Positions 50,311 to 62,063 of a stretch of 64,000 nt of DNA are shown here, piece by piece. Each line of letters begins with the position of its first letter. Position 1 is the stretch's first letter. The notes under the pieces are model-generated. The model made no database searches. It saw only the letters and a list, made by a program, of their open reading frames with translations, and had not been told where the DNA came from. The DNA is from Clostridiales bacterium (lineage in GTDB: Bacteria; Bacillota; Clostridia; Oscillospirales; Oscillospiraceae), in assembly GCA_004555205.1 (NCBI GenBank), contig SFIY01000005.1, forward strand, positions 24,726 through 88,725, given 5' to 3'. Both the position numbers and the translations under genes were made by a program.

Positions 50311-51093
50311 TCACTTTCCGTTCCTGCGCTGGCGCACCGCCTCGTACAGCAAAATAGCTGCCGCCGCCGATGCGTTCAAGGAAGAAATCTGACCCTTCAT
50401 GGGTATACTAACCAAAAAGTCACAGTTTTCCGTTACCAAGCGGCTCATGCCGTCGCCCTCGCTGCCGATCACAATGGCGGCCGGGCCCTTCAAATCGGCG
50501 TCATACAGCGTGGTGGTCCCCTCCGCGGCGGTGCCGAACACCCACACGCCCTGCTTTTTCAAATCCTTCAGCAGCGCCGCCATATTCGGCACACGGGCCA
50601 CGGGCATATAGCTCACCGCACCGGCAGAGGTCTTGGCCACCACGGCCGTCAAACCGGCACTGCGGCGCTTGGGAATAATGACGCCGTGGGCACCGGCACA
50701 CTCTGCCGTGCGCAAAATGGCGCCCAGATTGTGGGGGTCGGAGATCTCATCGCACACCACCAGCAAAGGCGCTTCGCCTTTTTCCGCCGCCGCCTCCAGA
50801 ATGGACTGCACGCTCACATATTCGCGCACGGCAGCCAGCGCGATCACGCCCTGATGGGCATGGGTGCGGCTCATATGATCCAGCTTGCGGCGATCCGCCT
50901 CCACCACGACAATCCCCCTGTCCCGGGCCTTGGAGGCAATGTGGCCCAGCGTTTTATCCGTTTCGCCCTTGGCAATATAAATCTTGTCAATGGCCGTTTC
51001 GGTGCGCAGCGCCTCAATCACGGCGTTGCGGCCTTCAATCATCCCGTCCGATATCGCTTCGTCAAAGGTTTTTTTCGTTTCGTGTTCTCTCAT
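50311..51093 (-). CDS. rlmB: 23S rRNA (guanosine-2'-O)-methyltransferase RlmB (SpoU/TrmH family)
   Basis: SpoU substrate-binding N-terminus plus DPHNLGAILRTAECAGA and IPMKGQISSLNASAAAAILLYE motifs. Confidence 0.9.
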   Translation of the reverse strand: MREHETKKTFDEAISDGMIEGRNAVIEALRTETAIDKIYIAKGETDKTLGHIASKARDRGIVVVEADRRKLDHMSRTHAHQGVIALAAVREYVSVQSILEAAAEKGEAPLLVVCDEISDPHNLGAILRTAECAGAHGVIIPKRRSAGLTAVVAKTSAGAVSYMPVARVPNMAALLKDLKKQGVWVFGTAAEGTTTLYDADLKGPAAIVIGSEGDGMSRLVTENCDFLVSIPMKGQISSLNASAAAAILLYEAVRQRRNGK

Positions 51094-51339
51094 ATGTTGA
51101 CCCTCAGTTTGGCGTCCTATTGGATTTCAGTCCCTACCGCGCCATTCGGGCACACTTGGCCTGCGCGGCGATTTTTCTTTTGGATTATAGCATATTCTTT
51201 CGTCAAGATAAAGCACCATTCATAGAAAATTTACAGAAAAACACGCCTTGTCCGACTTGTGAGTTTGTCGTTAATATGGTATACTGCCAAATAAATGAAA
51301 AGGTAACGCCTCGGCGTTTTTTATGGAAGGAGGGCCTTT

Positions 51340-53469
<2,130 letters not shown>

Positions 53470-53506
53470 GCAAAAAAAGACACCCGATCGGGTGTCTTTT
53501 TTTTGC
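53470..53506. terminator. Bidirectional terminator between ftsH and thrB
   Basis: GCAAAAAAAGACACCC-GATC-GGGTGTCTTTTTTTTGC. Confidence 0.85.
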
Positions 53507-53510
53507 TCTT

Positions 53511-54386
53511 TTACACAACCTGCACACCGGTATGATCCACCGCCATAGGCAGCATACGCCAGCGGCCGGGCAATTCCTCCATGTGCTTGGCCATCTCCTG
53601 CTCAAACGCCTCGCCGAAGCTCAGGCAGAGCAGCGTTGGGCCTGCGCCGGAGATGCAAAATGCGGTGCAGCCGCAGGAGAGCGCCATGTCGCGCACTTCC
53701 TCGTAGCCTGCAATCAGTTTGCCGCGAAACGGCTGGTGCAGGCGATCCTGCAGCGAGCGGGCAATGATGGCCCGGTCGCCTGTTTCCAGTGCCTTGAGCA
53801 GCACCGCCGCGCGGGACACATTGAACACCGCGTCGGCAAAGGGCACCTGTTTGGGCAGCGCACTGCGCGCCAAATGGGTGCTCAGTTCAAAGTCGGGGAT
53901 CAGCGCCGTAAAGCGCAGCTCCGGATGCAGGGCATAGCGCACTGCCACAGGGATACCGTCGTCCACATAGGAGGTCACCAGACCGCCCAGCAGGGCCGGC
54001 GCCAGATTGTCGGGATGCCCCTCGATGTCGTTGCAGATGCCCAGCAGTTCCAGCGGCGTATAGGGCGAGCCGTGGAGCGCATTGGCGGCGGACGCACCGG
54101 CGGCAATCATGGCGGCGGACGAGCCGAGGCCGCGGCAGACGGGGATGTCTGCCCGAATGGTCACGGACAGGCCGGGCATAGGCAGGCCCATGGCGTCCAT
54201 CACCTTGCGGTAGGCCACTACTGCCAGATTCTCTTCATTCTGGTAGGCTTCATCACAGCCGATAAAAATGTAGCCGGAGGGCGTTTCCTCAAAGGTTAGC
54301 GTATTATACAGCGCCAGCGCACAGCCAAAGGTATCAAAACCGGGTCCTATGTTGGCCGTGGTGGCGGGCACACGAACCGTTACCAT
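53511..54386 (-). CDS. thrB: Homoserine kinase
   Basis: VRVPATTANIGPGFD and GLGSSAA GHMP kinase motifs. Confidence 0.93.
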   Translation of the reverse strand: MVTVRVPATTANIGPGFDTFGCALALYNTLTFEETPSGYIFIGCDEAYQNEENLAVVAYRKVMDAMGLPMPGLSVTIRADIPVCRGLGSSAAMIAAGASAANALHGSPYTPLELLGICNDIEGHPDNLAPALLGGLVTSYVDDGIPVAVRYALHPELRFTALIPDFELSTHLARSALPKQVPFADAVFNVSRAAVLLKALETGDRAIIARSLQDRLHQPFRGKLIAGYEEVRDMALSCGCTAFCISGAGPTLLCLSFGEAFEQEMAKHMEELPGRWRMLPMAVDHTGVQVV

Positions 54387-55852
54387 TGTGCCTCACCTAC
54401 TTTCTTCAAAACATAGCTGAGCATATCCTCGCGGTCGATCACATCCCGATGCAGAACGCTCTTGTTCTGCAGCTGTGCCAGTCCCTTGGGCACGCTGACG
54501 CCGGTGGCACGCCGGAGCTGCTCCATCATGGCAAACTCATTCTCATCGGGCTTCCGGCCCAGTGCCTGCAGCACCGCCGCGGGGAATTTATAGGGCGAAG
54601 CGGTGGACAGCACCACCACAGGGGCCTTGTCCGTCTGCTGGGCCATAAACTGATCGGCGACCGTCCACGCCACCGCCGTGTGGGGGTCGCACAGGTAGTG
54701 CTCCTTTGCCCAGACTTTGCCGATGGTCTTTTCAGCGGTCTCATCATTGCAGCAGCCGCAGGAGAACAGCGCCTGCAGCTTGGCCAGCATTTCATCATGG
54801 ATCTGATAGCTGCCCGTGGCAGCCAACTGCTCCATCAGCGAGGCCACATATTTCTCATCGCCGCACAGCAGGTACAAAAGCCGCTCCAGGTTGCTGGACA
54901 CCAGGATGTCCATGGACGGAGAGATGGTCTTGTAGAACGGTCGGCACTTGTTATACCGTCCGGTGGAGATAAATTCCGTCAGCACATCGTTGGCATTGGA
55001 GGCGCACACCAGCCGTCCCACGGGCAAGCCCAGAAGTTTGGCAAAATAACCGGCCAGGATGTCACCGAAATTGCCGGTGGGCACCACAAAATGCACCTTG
55101 TCGCCCACGCGGATGCGTCCGGCATGTACCAAATCGGCATAGGCCTTGAAATAATACACCACCTGCGGCGCCAAACGGCCGATATTGATGGAGTTGGCCG
55201 AGGACAGCCGCGCACCGCCCAGGTCCATGCCGGCACACTGGGCAAATATGTTCTTTACGCCGGTCTGGGCATCGTCAAAGTTGCCGCGCACCGCGCACAC
55301 ACAGACATTACGGCCCTCCTGCGTGACCATCTGCGCCTGCTGCACGGCAGACACGCCGCCTTCGGGATAAAAGACAATGATCCTCGTGCCGGGCACATCG
55401 CGGAAGCCCTCCAGCGCCGCCTTGCCGGTATCACCGGAGGTGGCCGTCAGGATCACCGTATCGCCGCTGACACCCTCGCTCTGACGGGCAGCGGTGATGA
55501 GCTGGGGCAGAATACTCAGCGCCACATCCTTAAACGCGCTGGTAGGCCCGTGAAACAGCTCCAGCACATAGCGGTCGCCCACCTTGACCAGCGGGGTCAG
55601 CTCGTCGCTTTCAAATTTACCGGCATAGCCCCGCTGCACCAGCTCGCCCATGTCGTCAAAGTCCGGCAGCAGGGCCGACAGAATCCGCCGGGACATGGTA
55701 AAGGTGTCCTCCTCCAGCAGGGAGCGCCAGTCGAAATCTGCCTGCAGCAGATCCCGGGAAATGTAGAGTCCGCCATCGGGCGCAATACCCTCCAGTACGG
55801 CACGGGTGGAGGAGACTGTCCAGCAGCGATTGCGTGTACTTTGATAGTTCAT
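54380..55852 (-). CDS. thrC: Threonine synthase
   Basis: Start MNYQSTRN... with GGAGAA upstream. FHGPTSAFKD PLP-lysine motif. Overlaps thrB by 7 nt. Confidence 0.93.
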   Translation of the reverse strand: MNYQSTRNRCWTVSSTRAVLEGIAPDGGLYISRDLLQADFDWRSLLEEDTFTMSRRILSALLPDFDDMGELVQRGYAGKFESDELTPLVKVGDRYVLELFHGPTSAFKDVALSILPQLITAARQSEGVSGDTVILTATSGDTGKAALEGFRDVPGTRIIVFYPEGGVSAVQQAQMVTQEGRNVCVCAVRGNFDDAQTGVKNIFAQCAGMDLGGARLSSANSINIGRLAPQVVYYFKAYADLVHAGRIRVGDKVHFVVPTGNFGDILAGYFAKLLGLPVGRLVCASNANDVLTEFISTGRYNKCRPFYKTISPSMDILVSSNLERLLYLLCGDEKYVASLMEQLAATGSYQIHDEMLAKLQALFSCGCCNDETAEKTIGKVWAKEHYLCDPHTAVAWTVADQFMAQQTDKAPVVVLSTASPYKFPAAVLQALGRKPDENEFAMMEQLRRATGVSVPKGLAQLQNKSVLHRDVIDREDMLSYVLKKVGEAQW

Positions 55853-56082
55853 CGTTTCATTCTCCATTCTTTTGCGAATATCGTGAAAACCCTTGTCGGT
55901 TAAGATATCCAAATTCCTGCAAATTTTTTCTTGCATTTTGCATAACGCTATGATACACTGTCTTTGACAAAAAATCAAGTGTTTTTATCTCATGGACATT
56001 TCGTAGAAAATTGTCAATTCAAGTACACTTGTCCCCTGCCCCGGGCAAAAGGGTTGATCCCAGCAAAGAGAGGTAAAAAAGT

Positions 56083-57399
56083 ATGCTGAAAGTGTTGAAA
56101 TTCGGCGGATCCAGCATGGCTGACGCCACGCAGTTCGCCAAGGTGAAGTCCATTGTGGAATCAGACGAGAGCCGCCGGGTGGTGGTTGTGTCCGCCGCAG
56201 GAAAACGATTTAAGGACGATCATAAGCTGACCGACCTTTTGTATCTGTGCCACGCGCATCTGAAATACGGCGTTAGCTGTGACAGCGTCTATCAGATGAT
56301 CGTGGATCGCTATACCGCCATCCGTGATGAGCTGCATTTGAATGTGGATCTGGAGAGCGAGTTTGCCGCACTGCGCCGGAAGATGGACAAGGGCATTTCC
56401 CAGGACGAATTGGTCTCCCGCGGCGAGTATTTTGCCGCCAAGCTGATGGCCGCCTATCTGGGCTTTGCCTTTTTGGACAGCGAGCTGTGGCTGAAATTCA
56501 AGCTGGACGGCAGCGTGGATCAGGAGGCCACCTATGAGGCCCTGCGGCACGCGGCAGAGGGACGCAAGGTGGTCATTCCCGGCTTCTACGGCACCATGCC
56601 CGACGGCTCCATCAAGACCTTCTCCCGCGGCGGCAGCGACATTACCGGTGCGCTGGCCGCAGCCGCATTGGATGCCGATGTGTACGAAAACTGGACGGAT
56701 GTGTCCGGCTTCCTGATGGCCGATCCCAAAATCGTGCCCGATCCCGAGCCCATTGAGCGCATTACCTATTCCGAGCTTCGAGAACTGAGCTATATCGGCG
56801 CTCAGGTGCTGCACGAGGGCACCATCTTTCCGGTGCGGGAGAAGAACATCCCGCTGAACATCCGCAACACCAACCAGCCCGATCATCCCGGCACCATGAT
56901 CCGCGAGTCCTTTGAGGAAGTGGAGATGCCGGGCGACCGCTTCATTACCGGTATCGCCGGCAAGAAGGATTTCTCCGTCATTACCGTCACCAAGAACGGC
57001 ATGTCCAGCGAGCTGGGCGTCCTGCGCCAGATGCTGGAGGTGCTGGAAAAGTATCAGGTCAATGTGGAATACCTCCCCTCCGGCATCGACTCGGTATCGC
57101 TGGTGGTGGCCTCGGATAAGGCACAGCCGTGCCTGTATCAGATGATGGGCGATTTGCAGAAGGCTGTGAAGCCCGACAGCATCCATGTGACAGACAATAT
57201 GGCCATTGTGGCCGCCGTCGGCCGTAAGATGGCATTTAAGCCCGGTATTTCCGGCAAGATTTTCGCCACGCTGGGCGAAAACGGCATCAACATCCGTATG
57301 ATTACCCAAGGTCCGGAGGAGCTGAACATTATTGTCGGCGTGGACAACAAGGATTTCGCCTCCGCCATCCGTGTGCTGTACAACAGCTTTGTAAAATAA
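56083..57399 (+). CDS. Aspartate kinase
   Basis: VLKFGGSSMAD kinase N-terminus and C-terminal ACT domains. Confidence 0.9.
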   Translation: MLKVLKFGGSSMADATQFAKVKSIVESDESRRVVVVSAAGKRFKDDHKLTDLLYLCHAHLKYGVSCDSVYQMIVDRYTAIRDELHLNVDLESEFAALRRKMDKGISQDELVSRGEYFAAKLMAAYLGFAFLDSELWLKFKLDGSVDQEATYEALRHAAEGRKVVIPGFYGTMPDGSIKTFSRGGSDITGALAAAALDADVYENWTDVSGFLMADPKIVPDPEPIERITYSELRELSYIGAQVLHEGTIFPVREKNIPLNIRNTNQPDHPGTMIRESFEEVEMPGDRFITGIAGKKDFSVITVTKNGMSSELGVLRQMLEVLEKYQVNVEYLPSGIDSVSLVVASDKAQPCLYQMMGDLQKAVKPDSIHVTDNMAIVAAVGRKMAFKPGISGKIFATLGENGINIRMITQGPEELNIIVGVDNKDFASAIRVLYNSFVK

Positions 57400-57418
57400 G
57401 GAAAGGAAGTTTTTTGAT

Positions 57419-58423
57419 ATGAAGCAGTATAAGGTAGCCATCCTCGGCGCAACGGGCGCCGTGGGCCGTGAAATGATGAAAATTCTCGCCGAGCGCGATT
57501 TCCCCGTCAGCGAACTGCACCTGCTGGCCTCTCCCCGCTCTGTGGGGCAGAAGATCGCGTGGAAGGGTCAGGAGCTGACAGTGGAGCTGGCAGAGGATAA
57601 GGCCTTTGCAGGCATGGACATCGTTCTGGGCGCTGCCGAGAACGATATTGCCAAGAAGTTTGCTCCCGCCATCGTGAAGGCCGGCGCCGTGTTCGTGGAT
57701 AACTCCAGCGCATTCCGCATGGACCCCAATGTGCCTTTGATCGTGCCTGAGATCAACCCGGAAGATGTTAAAAATCACAAAGGCATCATCTCCAATCCCA
57801 ACTGCACCACCATTGTGTCCCTGGTGGCCGTCAATGCCCTGAATCAGGACAGCCCCATCCAATCCATGATCGCCTCCAGCTATCAGGCCACCTCCGGCGC
57901 CGGTGCAGGCGGCCCCATTGAGCTGATGAACGAAGTGGAGGCCCTGCGGGAGGGCAAGTCCTATGCGCCCAAGGTCTTCCAGTATCAGATTGCCTACAAT
58001 GTCATTCCCCAAATCGGCGGCGAGGCATTTGACGGCTATACCTCCGAGGAGATGAAGATGCAGAACGAGGGCCGCAAGATCATGCACCTGCCCGAGCTGA
58101 AGGTAAGCTGCACCTGTGTGCGCGTGCCTGTCATCCGCAGCCACAGTGTGTCCATCGTGGTACGCACCAAGGAGAAAATCAGCGTTGAACGTGCCCGCGA
58201 GCTGATCGCAGGCGCTCCCGGCTGCCGTCTGGTGGATGATCTGAAGAACAAGCAGTATCCCATGCCGCTGGACACCTCCGATCAGGACACCGTGTTTGTC
58301 GGCCGTATCCGCGATGATCTGACCAGCGACAACGGTCTGAACATCTGGTGCTGCGGCGACCAGGTCCGCAAGGGCGCTGCCACCAACGCCGTGCAGATCG
58401 CCGAGCTGCTGATTGAAAAGTAA
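57419..58423 (+). CDS. asd: Aspartate-semialdehyde dehydrogenase
   Basis: VAILGATGAVGREM and SNPNCTTI active-site Cys. Confidence 0.95.
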   Translation: MKQYKVAILGATGAVGREMMKILAERDFPVSELHLLASPRSVGQKIAWKGQELTVELAEDKAFAGMDIVLGAAENDIAKKFAPAIVKAGAVFVDNSSAFRMDPNVPLIVPEINPEDVKNHKGIISNPNCTTIVSLVAVNALNQDSPIQSMIASSYQATSGAGAGGPIELMNEVEALREGKSYAPKVFQYQIAYNVIPQIGGEAFDGYTSEEMKMQNEGRKIMHLPELKVSCTCVRVPVIRSHSVSIVVRTKEKISVERARELIAGAPGCRLVDDLKNKQYPMPLDTSDQDTVFVGRIRDDLTSDNGLNIWCCGDQVRKGAATNAVQIAELLIEK

Positions 58424-58436
58424 GGCGCACCGTATA

Positions 58437-58463
58437 AGGGCAGGAGGCCATGCCTCCTGCCCT
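58437..58463 (+). terminator. Terminator after asd
   Basis: AGGGCAGGAGGC-CAT-GCCTCCTGCCCT followed by TTTTT. Confidence 0.85.
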
Positions 58464-58564
58464 TTTTATGTCCGGCCTCCGGCGCAGAAGCGCAGCGATT
58501 CTTCGGCGCGCTTTTTCTGCTCCCCCCCTTTTTTCGATAAAAAGGGGCTGTCGCATTAAAGGCG

Positions 58565-58748
58565 ATTTGCACAAATCAGTGCCTCCCTCTGACGAGGGAG
58601 GTGGCACGGCTTTGCCGTGACGGAGGGAGAGAAGGGGTAAAGCCGCATAAAAATGCAACTTTTTCTCTCCCTCAGTTTCGCTACGCTCAACAGCTCCCTC
58701 GTCAGAGGGAGCCTTGAACTTAATAAAACTATTTCAGTTTGTGCAATT
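58565..58748. repeat. Roughly 185-bp nested inverted-repeat element (MITE/REP-like) in a convergent intergenic region
   Basis: Three arm pairs: ATTTGCACAAA (58565-75) with TTTGTGCAATT (58738-48); CCTCCCTCTGACGAGGGAGG (58582-601) with CTCCCTCGTCAGAGGGAG (58694-711); GAGGGAGAGAA (58623-33) with TTCTCTCCCTC (58663-73). Extra local hairpin CACGGC-TTT-GCCGTG. Confidence 0.6.
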
Positions 58749-58776
58749 TTACCATAACGCGACGGCCCTTTTTTAT

Positions 58777-59562
58777 TTAAGTCAGCAGCATACGGTCGTT
58801 GTCCAGCGTCTTCCCTGCACCGATCCTGAATCGGTCGAGCAGGTCGTCCACGCTCATGTTTTCCCGCTCTTCGCCCGCTACGTCCAGCACAATGCGGCCG
58901 CTGTCCATCATGATGGTGCGGTTGCCCAGCTCCAGCGCCTGGCGCATATTATGGGTCACCATCAATGTGGTAATGCGGTCCTTCGCCACGGTTTCGCGGG
59001 TGATCCTCAGCACCTTTTCCGCCGTGGCCGGGTCCAGCGCCGCCGTGTGCTCGTCCAGCAGCAGCAGCTTGGGCGGATGGAAGGTGGCCATCATCAGCGT
59101 CAGCGCCTGACGCTGACCGCCGGAGAGCAGCCCCACCGGCTGACGCATACGGTCCTCCAGCCCCATATCAAGCAGGCTGAGCCGGTCGCGGAAAAGCTGT
59201 TTTTCCTTTTTGCCCACATGGGAGAACCAGCCGCGGCTGCCCGCCGCCAAGGCCAGATTCTCCTCAATGGTCATATGCGGCGCGCTGCCGCGCATGGGAT
59301 CCTGAAACAGGCGGCCGATCTGACGGGCCCGCCGGTATTCGGGGGCAAAGGTCACATCCTCACCGTCGAGCACAATAGCGCCGCTGTCGGTAAGGAAGCT
59401 GCCGCAGATGGCGTTGAACAGGGTGGACTTGCCCGCGCCGTTGGAGCCGATAATGGTCACGAAGTCTCCCGGCGCAAGATGCAGGCTCAGATCGTTCAGG
59501 GCCAGCTTTTCATCCACCGTGCCGGGATGAAAGGTTTTGGAGATATGAGAAATGTCCAGCAT
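58777..59562 (-). CDS. ABC transporter ATP-binding protein (COG1101 type)
   Basis: GSNGAGKST Walker A, LSGGQRQAL signature, LLLDEHTAALD Walker B. Confidence 0.9.
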   Translation of the reverse strand: MLDISHISKTFHPGTVDEKLALNDLSLHLAPGDFVTIIGSNGAGKSTLFNAICGSFLTDSGAIVLDGEDVTFAPEYRRARQIGRLFQDPMRGSAPHMTIEENLALAAGSRGWFSHVGKKEKQLFRDRLSLLDMGLEDRMRQPVGLLSGGQRQALTLMMATFHPPKLLLLDEHTAALDPATAEKVLRITRETVAKDRITTLMVTHNMRQALELGNRTIMMDSGRIVLDVAGEERENMSVDDLLDRFRIGAGKTLDNDRMLLT

Positions 59563-59563
59563 C

Positions 59564-60490
59564 TTACCGCCCTCCTTTCCGTGCCGCCAGACGGCGGCGC
59601 AGCACAGGCATCTGCCGCTTGAGATACGGTGTGGCGATGGCCAGAATGACGATCACCGAGGACACCAGCTTGAGCATAAAGGCCGGCATATTCAATCGCA
59701 GGGCGATGGTATACACCAGGCGGAAGGCAAACGCGCCCACCACCATACCGATGGCGCGCTTCAAAATGCTGCCCCTGCCCATGAGCACCTGCCCGATCAG
59801 CAAAGAGGCCAGCGCCACGGTGACCATACCGGTGCCGATGTCAATGCTGACGGACTTCTGGGACTGGGCCAGCAAGCAGCCGGAGAGGCCTGTAAACGCA
59901 TTGGCCACGCAAAGACCCACGGTGGTGGTGAAAACGGGATTGATGGACGACGAGCGCACCATGTCGGGGTTATCGCCGGTCGCGCGGATGGCGAGACCCA
60001 AACGCGTATTGAGAAACACCGTCAGGATGGCCACCGTGGCTGCCACGGCAATCAGCGCCACAAGCAAGCGATACTGCTCGGCAAAGACCGTTCCCTCCAG
60101 CAGGGCTTTGGCCTTGGTGAACACCGTTTCGGTCTTGTTCATATTCAGAAGGGACGAGCCGTCCATGATCGCGATATTGATGGAATACAGGCCCGTATTG
60201 ACGATGATGCCCGCCAAAAGGCTGTCGATGCCCATGCGTGTCTGCAGGACTGCCGTAATCAGGCCGGAGCAAATGCCGGCTGCCATCGCCGCCGGAATGG
60301 CCAGATAGGGATGGCCGGAAATGGCCACCACTGCCCCCACGGCGGCGCCCAGAGTGAAGCAGCCGTCCGTGGACAGGTCGCAGACATTGAGCATGGAATA
60401 GCTCAGAAACAGTGCCAGCACCGTCAGCGAGCAGATCAGGCCCAATTCCAGGGCAGTCTGGCCCAATGACAGGAAGGATAGGACATTCAT
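59564..60490 (-). CDS. ABC transporter permease (COG4120 type)
   Basis: 308-aa polytopic protein between the matching ATPase and binding-protein genes. Confidence 0.85.
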   Translation of the reverse strand: MNVLSFLSLGQTALELGLICSLTVLALFLSYSMLNVCDLSTDGCFTLGAAVGAVVAISGHPYLAIPAAMAAGICSGLITAVLQTRMGIDSLLAGIIVNTGLYSINIAIMDGSSLLNMNKTETVFTKAKALLEGTVFAEQYRLLVALIAVAATVAILTVFLNTRLGLAIRATGDNPDMVRSSSINPVFTTTVGLCVANAFTGLSGCLLAQSQKSVSIDIGTGMVTVALASLLIGQVLMGRGSILKRAIGMVVGAFAFRLVYTIALRLNMPAFMLKLVSSVIVILAIATPYLKRQMPVLRRRLAARKGGR

Positions 60491-60516
60491 AAGATGGGAC
60501 TCCTTTGTGTGGTCGG

Positions 60517-61569
60517 TTAGTTCAGATCGTCGAAGCTGTCAGCGGTGACAATGCTCTGCACCTTGGTGCAGAGAGGAGCAAATGTGCTCCGGATGGTCTC
60601 AAAATCCAGGCCCAATTGCCGGCAGGTCTCCGTGTTGACGGTAGCAGTGCCGTTATCAAAGGTCTTCACCGAAAGCGTAGCAGGTTCGGCGCCGTTGAGC
60701 AAGATTTCTGCGATCATATTGGCCGTTTCCACGCCCAGATTGGTGTAATCCACGCCGTAGCCGAGAAATGCGCCGTTGAGTGCAAAGGAATCCGCGCCGG
60801 TGTAATGGGGGATACCGGCCTTTGCCAGCGTTTCATAGATAGACAGCTCCGCCGTCATGATGGTGTTGTCGGTGGGTGTGAAGATAGCGTCCACCTGATC
60901 GTTGATCAGTGCGTTGACAGCCAGCATGACCTCGTCGGTGGTGGTACCGGTGCGCTCGACGCACTTCACGCCCTTGGCAGCCAGATATGCCTTGGCATTG
61001 TTGATGGGTGTGGTGGACGAATCCTGACCCGGATCGTACAGCAGGCCGATGGTGTCCGCATCGGGATCCGCCGCGAAGATCAGATCCAGAATGGCGTCGG
61101 TATCCAGATAGTCGGAGGTGCCGGTGATGTTGGCGCCGGGAGCCTCCAGGCTTTCCACCAGGCCGGCGTCTATGGGGTCGGACACGGCGGCAAAGATAAC
61201 GGGAATACCGGTATCCTCCGTAGCCGCCTGCATGGCCATGGCCACAGGCGTTGCCACGCCCACCATCAGGTCCACCTGATCGACAATGAAGTTGGAGATG
61301 ATCTGGTTCATCACGGTGGCGTCGGCGTTGCAGTTATCATATGCAATGTCGAAGGTGACACCCTGCGCCTGGCCGATGGCGTTGAGCCGCGCGGTGATAT
61401 TGTCAACGATCTGGTTCAGGGATGCGTCGTCCACATAGTTGCAGATGCCGACTTTGAAGGTCTTGCCGTCAGCAGGTGCGTCGTTCTTGCTGCCGCAGGC
61501 GGCCAGCGTCAGCAGCATGATCGCTGCAGCCACCAGGGAAATAATGCGCTTCAATGTGTTCTTTTTCAT
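60517..61569 (-). CDS. ABC transporter substrate-binding lipoprotein (COG2984 type); predicted tryptophan-related uptake
   Basis: Start MKKNTLKRIISLVAAAIMLLTLAACGS (lipobox) with GGAGGT 8 nt upstream. The track ORF is over-extended into the leader. Confidence 0.85.
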   Translation of the reverse strand: MKKNTLKRIISLVAAAIMLLTLAACGSKNDAPADGKTFKVGICNYVDDASLNQIVDNITARLNAIGQAQGVTFDIAYDNCNADATVMNQIISNFIVDQVDLMVGVATPVAMAMQAATEDTGIPVIFAAVSDPIDAGLVESLEAPGANITGTSDYLDTDAILDLIFAADPDADTIGLLYDPGQDSSTTPINNAKAYLAAKGVKCVERTGTTTDEVMLAVNALINDQVDAIFTPTDNTIMTAELSIYETLAKAGIPHYTGADSFALNGAFLGYGVDYTNLGVETANMIAEILLNGAEPATLSVKTFDNGTATVNTETCRQLGLDFETIRSTFAPLCTKVQSIVTADSFDDLN

Positions 61570-61655
61570 GGTTTTGTACCTCCATATTTGCCTTTTCGGC
61601 GTAAAATAATGTTTGGGCGGCTGATGGAGGGCTATCAAAATCGTTTTTGGTAAAA

Positions 61656-61941
61656 CAAAAAAGAGCCTCCGTCCCCTACTATGGGACAAAAGCTCCAGCT
61701 TCTGCGATACCACCCAAATTGGCATATAAAATGCCCGCTCGCTTTCCGCGCCATCACGCGTACCCGATGGATAACGGGTGGGATCCCGTCGGCATCTACT
61801 GAGAAATCATTCCGTTCAAGCCGCCCTCGAAAGGCCATTCACATCACCGCGCACCGCCTTGATCTCACCGCCCAAGGCTCTCTTTGGGATTGCTTTGTCA
61901 TGCTACTTTTCTTTCTCACAGGTTTGTTTGTTTAATTGCTA
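61656..61941 (-). ncRNA. T-box leader (tRNA-sensing riboswitch), specifier UGG = Trp
   Basis: Minus-strand reading shows: AGTA, AGAGAG bulge, GCCTTG-GGCGGTGAGAT-CAAGGC distal loop, GAA-UGG-C specifier (UGG = 61845-61847), F-box CCGTTA, T-box AATTTGGGTGGTATCGCAG (61702-61720), and a 13-bp terminator helix plus U6 (61656-61696). Confidence 0.85.
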
Positions 61942-61947
61942 GGTATC

Positions 61948-61976
61948 ATCATATGCTCTTTTGGCCGCTTTGTCAA
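61948..61976 (-). promoter_or_regulatory. Promoter of the T-box-controlled ABC operon
   Basis: Minus strand: TTGACA (61971-61976), 17 nt, TATGAT (61948-61953). Confidence 0.7.
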
Positions 61977-62063
61977 GCACAATTTTTCTTTTTGCGGAAA
62001 AAAGTTTTCTTAAGGGAAACCACACAGCGCTTCTTGCTGAAACGATCTTATAAAAAGCAAAAA

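Noticed and set aside
51280-51339. Small hairpin plus T-run (AACGCC-TC-GGCGTT TTTT) in the ftsH 5' leader as an attenuator.
   Set aside because: The stem is only 5-6 bp with a 2-4-nt loop and lies 15 nt from the SD. That is too weak to call from sequence alone.
55853-56082. Possible riboswitch or attenuator (lysine, threonine or T-box) in the thrC / aspartate kinase divergent region.
   Set aside because: Only about 230 nt is shared by two divergent promoters. I could find no T-box motif, L-box-like helices or leader peptide with Thr/Lys runs. The region is too short for such leaders on both sides.
58179-58658. ORFs 58179-58658(-) and 58282-58572(-) across the asd downstream region.
   Set aside because: They run through two terminator hairpins and the nested inverted-repeat element. 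There is no SD, and the R/G/P-rich composition is better explained as structured non-coding DNA.
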